Below, in pieces: positions 13,501 to 22,200 of a DNA stretch of 64,000 nucleotides. The first letter of the stretch is position 1, and every line of letters starts with the position of its first letter. The DNA lies in the NCBI GenBank assembly GCA_036785375.1, contig JAWMAR010000086.1, positions 3,410,001 through 3,474,000 of the forward strand, given 5' to 3'. The DNA is from Leucoraja ocellata. Taxonomy: Eukaryota. Both the position numbers and the translations under genes were made by a program. A model generated the notes under the pieces. That model did no database searches. It worked only from the letters and a program-made list of their open reading frames with translations, and had not been told where the DNA came from.

Positions 13501-16209
13501 GTGATATTGCATACTTGAACCAAAATCTTTGTTTATTTTCAATTACAGAGGGTTATTGACTGAGAAAGCTGCTCCAGTGATGAAGATCATTCACAATATT
13601 TTTAGCTTGATTCTGAAATTCCGCAGTCAATTGATCTCTCAAGCCTGGCAACATGATGCTGATGATCAAATGGCAATACATCCTAACTTTGTTATGATGC
13701 AGCAGTCCTACAAATCATTCAAACATTATTCACACTTCCTATTTAAAGGTAACACATTTTCAAATACTGTCAATCTGTTACAATTAATTTGGAGGTAAAG
13801 TATACTAAACATCTTACTAATTCTGTAACTGAATGTAAACATTTCAAAATAATGGTGAAAATGGATATCACAGGCAATTAAGTCCACAATCTCTTTATAA
13901 CCAATTTTGGTTATAGAGGTTCCCCGACACTTAGTCCTGCTGCCCTCACAGTCCAGTTTTCACAGATGTTGTTGTAGCTCACGTTGAACCCCCTGGGGGC
14001 AGCACTTTCTTCACCTGTTGGTGACTGGAGATTTCTGCCCTATCACCAGCTGCTGCTTCTTTCTGTTATCTGTCACTTTGTCCGCTCCCCTCTCCACTAC
14101 CATGGCATCCCCTTTCTCCCATCTCTTTGTCCATTTCGTCGCTGCCTCCTCCTTCTCGCCCGGAATCGCCAACATCTGCCGAGGTGGAATGCGTTAGGGG
14201 AGAAGGAGGAGGCAGCACTAGTGGGGGAGGGGCGCGGTCAGGGTGCATCAGTGAGGCCTTCACCAGCTGCCCACCATCCAGTTGACGTGTCTGTTGTGGC
14301 AGTCCACATTGTAGCCCCCGACAGGATGCGCTCGGTCACCGTGTTTCCTTCCACTGCTGCTTCTTCTCGTCATTTTGTCCACTTTGCTGTCGCCGCCTTC
14401 TCCACTGGAGTCCCCAACATCCCCCACCTTAGAACATGTCGGCGACTGCAGGGGACGAGGTGAAGCAGGTGGCGGTGGAGAAGGGAGCGGCGGAGTGGAC
14501 AAAGTGACGGGAGGAAGCAGCAGCAATGGTGGAGTGGGGAGCAGAAAAAGTGATGGCCGACAGGAAGAAGTGGCAGTTGGTAAGAAAAATAGATATCACT
14601 TGCAATCAAGTCCACTATCTGATTTTTGTATTAGATCATTGAGTGAACATAGGTGAACAACCTAAAAACAGTAGCATTACCACAACAATGGACAGTTTTA
14701 ACTTTTTTAGTTACAGTTAATGGTTTATTTTATGAAACAAAATTATTAAATACCCAGCTTAGGATAATTAGTGGTTTTGATGTAATGGAAACAAAGCAGT
14801 GCTTTAAAATACGTACATTCACTGAAGATTTGAATGGGATGTGGGCTTTGCTAGCATTATTACCCATTCCTAATTGTCCTGAAGATGTTAGCCACCTTCT
14901 TGAACTGCTGCATGGCTTCTGGTGACAGCTCATAGGGCTAGTTTGAGGATTTTGATCCAGTGTCTTTGAAGGGATGCTTGTGACGGAGGCAAACCAGCAG
15001 ATAGTTGTGTTCACATGTGCCATGTCTTGGTGGGAGAGATCACAGGTTTGGAAATCATGTAATTTCCAGGTAAGGTAAGATGCAAGACAGTAATTTTAGC
15101 TTATGTAGATGTATCTACATTGTGATAAGACAGAATTAAAAGCCTTTCAAAAATATTCTGTTTTACATTATACCAGAGGCAACATGTCACATTTTGATTG
15201 TGATTTAGGCTATTCATATTCAGCTCATTGAGTCCATGTTGGCCCCCAGAGCAATATCATTCTTGTCAACATTATATACCACTTTTTCCCTGTAACCTGT
15301 TTTCTCATAGATATCAACTCCACCTTTAGTCTCTTATGGGCCAGCTAGACTAGGGTAATTAACCCAACACCCAGCTCATCATAGGGATGTGGTCGAAAAC
15401 TTCAGCACCCAAGGGAAGCCCAGGGTCACCAAAGTTGTGAGATGGTAGCCATAATTGCTGGACCACAGTGCTGCTAAGAATGTGCAGAATTCTTTCATTA
15501 CAGCACTCTCAAAGCAGTGGGTGTTTCTATTAGACTCTGTTTATTCAAGGACAGTCAGCTACAAAATGAACAGTCTGCATTGGTGCTCTATGAAAGGGAA
15601 TTCAAAACATTCTGCCCAATTCTTTATTTCTTTAAGGATCTTTAGGATACAATTCCATGGGTGTTGTTGATCGGTTAGTACATTTTTCCCCACTCACCAA
15701 ATTGAACAGGTGGCAGAATTGCAGGCTAGGACCAAATAAACTAGCATTCATGGACTCTTCTTCCTCCCAGCCTATGAAGTGGGGTTGTTTGGCACAAATA
15801 GTAATTGCATTTCAAACATCAGACATTGCTTACTGTTTGTGAAGTGTGGGAAGATCAGCTATTTAAATTCGATGATTTTTGAGATCTTGTAGGTGGCTGT
15901 TGTGCATATGCCTTTCACCTAGTGTTGAAGATGCAGATGTGACTTTAAGATCTGTTGGAGCCGGCATAAGAGGTCTTAACATGTTAATTTATGTTGCTTT
16001 GGAAAAATATGGTTCTTTTAGATCAGTTTGTTTAGAAATGTGAAATTTCACAAGAAAATGTAACTCTTTCCCAAAGTCTTCTGATCTTTTATTTTTTTTC
16101 CCCCATCTCATCCCTAGTGGTCACCAAACTTGTCAATCGGGGCTATCAGCCACACCTTGAGGACTTCCTGCTGAGAATTAACTTCAATAATTATTATCTA
16201 GATGTTTAA
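272..16209 (+). CDS. TUBGCP6: Gamma-tubulin complex component 6, 3' part (10 coding exons, 926 aa + stop; 5' exons lie upstream of the window)
   Basis: Exons 272-1592, 2154-2239, 3659-3887, 5094-5262, 5657-5798, 9056-9250, 11213-11345, 12661-12874, 13549-13748 and 16118-16209 join in phase (2781 nt). The translation has GCP6 hallmarks: RWNIHGHVS repeats, EALRHFLLMEDGEFAQSLSDLLFEK, VNWPLNIVIT, HEMQHFVKVIQGYIANQILHVTW and the C-terminus VVTKLVNRGYQPHLEDFLLRINFNNYYLDV*. Confidence 0.97.
791..1195 (+). repeat. Coding tandem repeat, 5 x 81 bp (27 aa), GCP6 repeat region
   Basis: Units start at 791, 872, 953, 1034 and 1115: GPHANIYGHVS, GPRWNIHGHAS, RPRWNIHGHVS, WPKPNIHGHPS, RSRWNIHGHVP. Two degenerate GHxS units follow. 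Confidence 0.93.
1725..2077 (-). mobile_element. CR1-type LINE 3' fragment
   Basis: Reverse complement of the CR1 3' end (acagtacagcac...caagccctttgacccaca...tctcataattttatatacttctatc), shared with many copies in the window. Confidence 0.75.
2154..2239 (+). CDS. TUBGCP6: TUBGCP6 small internal exon (poorly conserved region)
   Basis: Acceptor tcttttgtag and donor GAG/gtattt. Its 86 nt bridge phase 1 to phase 0 between the flanking exons (ANYEKDAINEHPQK...FQDE). Confidence 0.75.
2374..2687 (+). mobile_element. tRNA-derived V-SINE (HE1-like chondrichthyan SINE) with CR1-derived tail
   Basis: Pol III A box (tggtgcagcgg), B box (ggttcgatcc), V-domain-like core (tttgtacgttctctccgtgac...gtttcctcccacac) and tail gggccgaagggcctg...ccgtgctgtgtctctaaa shared with CR1 3' ends. 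Confidence 0.85.
3659..3887 (+). CDS. TUBGCP6: TUBGCP6 exon
   Basis: AG acceptor and gtaagc donor. Encodes KKDPFEPQ...LWDKEEAYLKSLADQYCVEHYQDNYELM, homologous to the GCP6 segment before the C-terminal GRIP domain. Confidence 0.88.
4335..4790 (-). mobile_element. CR1-type LINE 3' fragment
   Basis: Minus-strand ORF remnant LGLYLLEFRR...LYRVDVE...VGESRTRGPSL typical of the CR1 ORF2 C-terminus. Confidence 0.8.
5094..5262 (+). CDS. TUBGCP6: TUBGCP6 exon
   Basis: cag acceptor and gtaagt donor. Encodes SEPPISHLLQ...LPVLMKHSITAPLIA. Confidence 0.95.
5657..5798 (+). CDS. TUBGCP6: TUBGCP6 exon
   Basis: tttcag acceptor and gtaaat donor. Encodes ASLVNKAIIDYLFVELNIEQNFEALRHFLLMEDGEFAQSLSDLLFEK. Confidence 0.96.
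6739..7200 (-). mobile_element. CR1-type LINE 3' fragment, relatively young, with short-repeat tail
   Basis: ORFs 7100..7435 and 6820..7116 give LSYRERLNKLGLYSLERRRLRG and MIEVFKMMRGIDRVDVEKLFP...TRGHDLRI...FFTQRVVVVWNELP, separated by one frameshift. Confidence 0.92.
7685..8814. mobile_element. Non-autonomous Tc1/mariner-pogo (Tigger-like) DNA transposon with GC-rich interior
   Basis: TA-flanked termini TA|CAGTAAACCGTAGTATTAACAGAC and GTCTGGTTTAACGAGGATTTACTG|TA form imperfect 24-bp TIRs. A second truncated copy lies at 13889-14580, and a Penelope-type short repeat is nested at about 8580-8715. Confidence 0.75.
9056..9250 (+). CDS. TUBGCP6: TUBGCP6 exon
   Basis: aatag acceptor and gtcaca donor. 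Encodes LGSGQTPGELLNPLVLNSILNKALQYSLHGD...LNCLELRYK. Confidence 0.96.
9695..10431. mobile_element. Non-autonomous Foldback/Mutator-like DNA transposon with long modular TIRs
   Basis: 9-bp direct repeat ATTGTACTG at 9686-9694 and 10432-10440. Inverted arms at about 9695-10013 and 10194-10431 are built of (G)CCGAA-like subrepeats. Confidence 0.8.
11213..11345 (+). CDS. TUBGCP6: TUBGCP6 exon
   Basis: ttgtag acceptor and gtgaga donor. Encodes VNWPLNIVITESCMNKYNKIFSFLLQLKHMVWTLKDVWFHLKRT. Confidence 0.96.
12661..12874 (+). CDS. TUBGCP6: TUBGCP6 exon (ends at a GC donor)
   Basis: ttttag acceptor. Encodes ALVNRSSNSVQLHQLQLYRHEMQHFVKVIQGYIANQILHVTW...HAEYLNKGIFR. Donor is AG/gcaaga. Confidence 0.93.
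13549..13748 (+). CDS. TUBGCP6: TUBGCP6 exon
   Basis: ttacag acceptor and gtaaca donor. Encodes GLLTEKAAPVMKIIHNIFSLILKFRSQLISQAW...YSHFLFK. Confidence 0.96.
13889..14580. mobile_element. Second, truncated copy of the Tigger-like element at 7685-8814
   Basis: Colinear similarity in the same orientation (ctctttataaccaatt..., gctgccctcacagtcc, cactttgtcc repeats, gcagtccacattgta, aacatgtcggcgactgc). Confidence 0.8.
16118..16209 (+). CDS. TUBGCP6: TUBGCP6 terminal coding exon
   Basis: ccctag acceptor. Encodes VVTKLVNRGYQPHLEDFLLRINFNNYYLDV, with TAA at 16207-16209. Confidence 0.97.
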
Positions 16210-16536
16210 CTTTTATGATGTCTTATTGAAAATGGTATCTAAATTACATCATATAAATATTTAATTTTTAAACATAATGCTAAGTATTTGTCCATGTACA
16301 TATTTGTATATCTGTGATATATCAACATCAGTGTTGTGGAACATTTTATGCCACAGTTACACAAATATAAAGAGATTTGTGATGACACAGGTCAGCATTT
16401 ATAACTTATTATGCAGGGAGATTAGCATGACATTCAAATTTACTATTCTGCCATATTTATAATTAAAACAATGTTTTTAAAGCTGTTTATCTTGATGCAC
16501 GCTTATTTTTAACTGTGTCTTACTGTATTTTCTTTG

Positions 16537-16542
16537 AATAAA
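16537..16542 (+). promoter_or_regulatory. Candidate polyadenylation signal of TUBGCP6
   Basis: First AATAAA after the stop codon, about 330 nt downstream, in AT-rich UTR-like sequence. Confidence 0.55.
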
Positions 16543-17791
16543 ATAATTGTATCTCAATCCACTCACCAATTTGTACTAGCTTCTTACCAGCCTGAAATTT
16601 ACTGAGTCAGACACAACCATCATTTACAAAGGCATAGCTAGGTGTGGGTAATCTTTCATTATTTTTCACACAAATGTTGGTGAGCCAATCGGTGGATGCA
16701 CAGATTAAAGGCTATTGGTATCAATGTTGTCAATTTAAAACCCTGTACACCAACTGCAAAGAGTCTAAATTCTGCATTATTTAAATAGGCTCTGATTCTC
16801 TATTCTAATAGGTATAAGTACAGAGTGTTTCTGTTTTTAAAGTGTTGACTCCATGGTAAAACTCCACAAATCACAGATACAACTATTGAAGGCATTGGTG
16901 ACTCACTTTAACTTCCTCACGGAATCTTGCTTGTAAAATTGGAATTAGTAAATCTAGGCAGGATTTTTTCTTTTGCTATTAAATTGAAATATAGTAATTG
17001 TGGTCTTTGACATTTTTCAAAGTTACTCTTCCCATCAAACACATCAAATTAAAGCACCTATAATAATCTGTTGGTCAAATTCAAATGCATTCGTCACATG
17101 AGGCCGAAGGTGTAATGAAATTAATTTTCCAGCAGAGATACACTTAAAAAGAATAAACAATAGAATTTAACACAAACATCCACCACAGCATTCTTCAGTG
17201 GTGGAAGGCAACAAAGTTCAGTCAGCCCTCCTATGTTCATCTGTGGCTGGGGCCATAAACCCTCCATAGTCGCCGCTACAGATGGCCAGGCCCCCTCGTC
17301 GGGATGATCAAACACATCCTGCGTGTGCAATAAATACCCATATTTAAGGATTAGTAAATGTTATTTATGCTATTATCAATCTATTTTAATCGGTGCAGTA
17401 ATCCACCAAATTGTAGGAATTCATGAGCACAACTTTTAGTCTAGTCGCAATAGATTGGTGTAGGAGTACTTAAGAGAAATGTTTAAAGAATTTGGAGATA
17501 AGAAAAAATTACCTTGAAATATAATATTAGCTTCAATCCTGCATTTGCGATGCAACTTTAGCAAAGCAAGACAAATTGATATCAATCTCACTTTAGACTT
17601 TAGAGATGCAGTGTGGAAACGGGCCCTTTGGCCCACTTTAACCAGCGATCACCCCGTACACTAAATGGTAACTCAGGGACCCAGTTATGTGCACATCAGT
17701 TGCAATGATTTGCTACAATGGATTTCAATTAATGAACTGGTTATGAAGCATTTTAACATTCTTACAGTGTGAAAGAAGTAGATTTGTCTCA

Positions 17792-17822
17792 TTTATTTAC
17801 TGTTTGTGTATTGATATTTATT
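17792..17822 (-). promoter_or_regulatory. Candidate distal polyadenylation signals of SELENOO
   Basis: Two minus-strand AATAAA (17817-17822 and 17792-17797) about 220-250 nt downstream of the SECIS. Confidence 0.55.
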
Positions 17823-18029
17823 GCTGCATTTCAAAGGCAAGACATCTATACAACTTGCATAAATTTAAAAAAACATCAGTTTGTTTACAACCAAATTGCT
17901 ATTTTAAATAGTGTATACATATATAAAAGGTTCCTCAGAAAAGCATAGTGCAAATTATCATGCAAGGAATTAAAGCTGATTTGTGCGTTAACATTTCTTA
18001 AAATGTTGAGCATTTTAAAAGAGTACAAC

Positions 18030-18105
18030 AGTTTCCACATCTTACAAAAATAGCTCTGTGTCAGAGTTGATATTTTTGTATTCATGATAACAGATTTTAG
18101 CTGGA
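18030..18105 (-). promoter_or_regulatory. SECIS element (type II) in the SELENOO 3' UTR
   Basis: mRNA sense reads AUGAA-UACAAAAAUA-UC-AA-CUCUG-ACA-CAGAG-C-UAUUUUUGUA-AGAU (core 18039-18085). It shows the AUGA/GA quartet, a perfect 10-bp helix II, unpaired AA and a 5-bp apical mini-stem. Helix I is weaker. Confidence 0.9.
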
Positions 18106-19100
18106 GAGCTTTCATTTCAATCTTAAACCAGCACGTTTGCTCAAAAGTTCTACCTCCTCATTTGTACATAATATAATTTAATTACTGAATTACTTGAAGT
18201 AACTGAACACAATGAAATTATATTGAATTAAATGGCCTTAAGCTGAATAAAATGTTTTCAAAACTTGTAAATCATCTCTGCATACGTTATTCAACATAAC
18301 TTAGAATAAGAAGTGGTCTCAAATGGTGTTAATGTCCAGCCACCTGGATTCTTATGAACATCACCCCTTCCTTACTTATTTGGTGTCAGTGTCTGCCACA
18401 TTACTCCTTGAACACAGCAATTTGTTTTGTTAGTTGTATAAAAATTGAATCTTCATCCAAATGTTATGGATTTTTTTACCATTAATTTAGCATTTAGAGC
18501 TTTATTGTGAGTGAACCTGTACACCTTTGCTGCAGTTGCAAAATAGGGCATCTTGAAGGGATGGTGGAGACAGATACTTAAAGTCTTTGATTACCTTAAA
18601 GAACTGTACAGCTGAGCACGTGAAATATCAAAAACCATGTAGGTAGGTGGCTGACTCGTACTGCAGGGCCCATTTCCATGCCACGCAATTGTGTGCTAAT
18701 TAGTGGCTTGTATAACATTTAGTATTTCATTCCAACAATCTTACAAGAAAACCCATCTCAAACAATTCTTGCCTTAAGGACATGATAAGGATAGATCTTT
18801 CTAAAAAGCATGTCATTTTTAAACTAATATCTGAATCACTTTTTTCACCAAGTGGTTGTGGCTGTGATTTGGCTGACCACATTATGGTCAAGGGAATTCA
18901 TGCTTGTATCAGTGAGGCAGAAATAATTCAGAAGCATCTGGTACTGATTTACATATGGCAAAATCTCCATTTTATATCTGTTGTGAGGAAAAAGTAGCAC
19001 TCTGTAGTTACCTTGCTTTGGCTTCTCCATCTGTAAATAAAACCTGTTTAACAGTCCATCCCTAAAGATTGTGATTTAACCAGAAGCCAAAACAAGGTGT

Positions 19101-19286
19101 TTATGAAGATCAGGTAACTAAAAGTTTCCCAGACCAGTCTGGTGGCTTGCTGTGGTATGGTATTCTCTTGTTGCTTAAAGGCTCACATGAAGCTGGAGCC
19201 TCCACTGTTGCTTCTTGCATCAGCTCTTCTTCCACGCAGGCATCCTCACTGTATGGATGCTCCAGAAGCTTGAGAACCCGTCTGAC
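19101..19286 (-). CDS. SELENOO: SELENOO exon 9 (terminal, contains the Sec codon at 19110-19112)
   Basis: ctttag acceptor. Encodes [61 protein letters not shown]. Confidence 0.93.
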
Positions 19287-22200
19287 CTAAAGGAACATGA
19301 TCATCTTTGAGCATTCAAAAAATAGTTCATTGTGATATTTTGCTAACTACACGTGTCAAAAATTCCAAGAAATTTTTGAAGTTAGCTTAGATTCGCAAGA
19401 TTCCAAATGGCAGTTTTTCTTTTTACTATTGATACTTAAATTGGCCCACTTTTTGGAATTATAATTTTGAAATATTTACAAAATTATTCAAGACAAGAAT
19501 GGAACCTAATACTGAAATGATTATATTTGGTGTAATGGAAGATGGGAATAAATTGAACACATCTCAAAATCTATTCCTTAACTATGGTTTAATAATAGCA
19601 AAAAAATTAATACTTAAATTTTGGAAGGGTACATCAATACCAACGCTTAAAATGTGGATTGCAAGTATGTTGGACACCGCTCATCTTGAGGAAATGCGAT
19701 TCCTCCTAATGTATAAATCAGACCAATTCATAACGAGTTGGTCTCCATTCGTCGTTTTTTTGGAATCATATGGTGCAACACAATTGTAAAAAATAACTGT
19801 TTCAGGACTGGACGAGGGTTGGTCAAGATTATAAATAATGATCTCCTTTTTTTATTTTATTTTCTTTTCACTATTTTCTCTCTCAACTTTCTTCACACAC
19901 TATATATTTCACATCTTTCTATCCTTTACTATCTAACTTCTTTTTCTTATTCTCATCTTTTTTCAATGTAACAAGAAAAATAATTGTACATAAAATGTAT
20001 TATGAAAATATATATTAGGCACTTTGGTGCCATATGACTGTACTTCTAATAAAATAAAATATTTAAAAAAAAAATTGGCCCACTTTCTAGTTTCCATGAG
20101 TGCATTTGCAGAACGTAAAAAATGTTTCTTCGCATCATAATAAATTGTGCAAGATAATTTGCTTAAAGTCACAGTCCTTACTGATGATTTAAATAACAGA
20201 GTCGGTACAGCTAGTTCTGTGAAGCGATAGTTGTGTTCCTAACCTTGTTATAGAAAATCATGTTATAATGACAATTTTGTCAATGAGGGATTGAGCTTTA
20301 AGCACTGCAGAATTTCAATCTCACAAGTTATTTTTCTGGCAGGATTTTCAAAAATAAAGATCTTTCCAATAGGAATAATTTAATTGTATGTTATTAACGC
20401 ACAAGCCTCTTGTTACATCAAGTATCATTGTACAAGTGTCATGGAAAATATTGTATGTAAAAGTCAATGGCCACCCGCAGTTAAAGTAGCAGCTATGTTC
20501 TTAAGACAATGGTGTCTGATTATTGTGAAGAGGTTACACGGAAAGATGTGTTTGTTCCTTATACTGTTTAAATCCAAGAGTTTTTTTGCTTGTCAATTTC
20601 CAATGTAATAGTTGAGTGGTTCTCTATTTCCTAGTCAAAATCACATTATGACCAATTCAACCCGCATAATATAAATAGTGATCCCCAATTCATCACTTGT
20701 TATATCTAATTCACGCTATGAAAGCACATTATAGCAGAATTACCTGTGTAATGAATGTTGTTTCCTAAAACCTATGAACATGTTTAAACTGAGAATTTGA
20801 TCTTGACTAATCAGACATTGTTGTCTGATTAGAGCTGCTACTTTATTTTAAATTAAAAAATATATATTTATTAGAAGTACAATACAGTGGTATGTTTTTT
20901 CAGATTCCCAAAACTATGTTATCATAATATATTCTCTGTACAATTTTTTTTTTAAGAGAGATAAGAAAGAGATAGTAAAGAATAGAGGAAAGTCTAGTGT
21001 GTGTGGAAAAAAAGAAAAGGAAATAGTAAAGAAAAGAAATGTAAGAAAGCGAAGCAGGAGGGAGATTGTCCAATCTTATATTCTTGATCATCTTTCACCC
21101 ATACCTGAAACTTTAAATTTTTACGATACTGTTGCGCCACATGAATCCAAGAAATCAATAAATGGAGACCAACTCGTTAAGAATTGGTCTTGTTTATCTA
21201 TTAGGAGGAGTCTCATTTCTTCCAAGTGGGCTGTGTTCAACATATTACTGGTCCACATTTTAAATGTTGGTATAGTAGCATTTTTCCAAAATTTTGTAAG
21301 TATAAGTTTTTTTGCTGTTATTAAACCATAATTTAAAAAATGAATTTTGGGGTATATTTAATTTGTTCCCGTCTCCCATTACTCCAAATATAATCATTTC
21401 AGGATTAGGTTCCATTTTTATCTTAAATAGATTAGTGAATATATCAAATATATCACCAAAATTTATGAAGTTTTGTGCAAGAAACAAGAGTGTGTGATAT
21501 TGGCATTTTGAGAAAGACATTTATCACAGATGGGAGAAATATTTGGATAGAATTTATTCAACCTAGTTTTTGAATAATATAATCTATGTAATATTTTAAA
21601 TTGATTTAATTGTGTCTAGCATTAATCGAACATTTATGTGTATATATATCAAATACTTTTCCCATGTTTCTTTTGAAATTTTTTATCATTAATTCTTTTT
21701 CCAAGTCTTCTCTAATTGCCTCTGTTGATGGTAATTCTCTGTTTAGAATACTATTATATAGATATGATATTAATTTTTGTGAGTCCGCCTTAATATTCAT
21801 TGCTTCTTCCAGTGAGTCTATCATTATACTCTGAAATCTTGGTATATATTTCTTCATAAAGTCGCATATCTGTAAATATTTAAAATATTGGTTGTTATTC
21901 AGTTTAAATTTTAATTTTAATTGTTGAAATGATAATACATTTCCCAGCTGCTACTTTAACTGTGGCTATATTTCTGCAGGGCAACTCACTTTAGCAGTTT
22001 CATACAAATCTCATGGAGACCAAACATCTTCCATCCATTATGGAAGAGCAAAAATAAAATGCTTTGATTTAAAATTCTAAATATTGACATAAACGGTATA
22101 TTACAATTATTTTAAAACATGGTATTTAAAAATTTGGGAGATTTTTGCAATGGAGATTCTTGCTTTAAAGAAGAATCTTCAATGCTGCACCAAAGTCAGG

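Noticed and set aside
18295-18375. SECIS-like look-alike on the minus strand (GUGA...AA-UCCAG-GUGG-CUGGA)
   Set aside because: It has AA plus a mini-stem but no GA on the 3' side of helix II, so no kink-turn quartet. The element at 18039-18085 fits far better.
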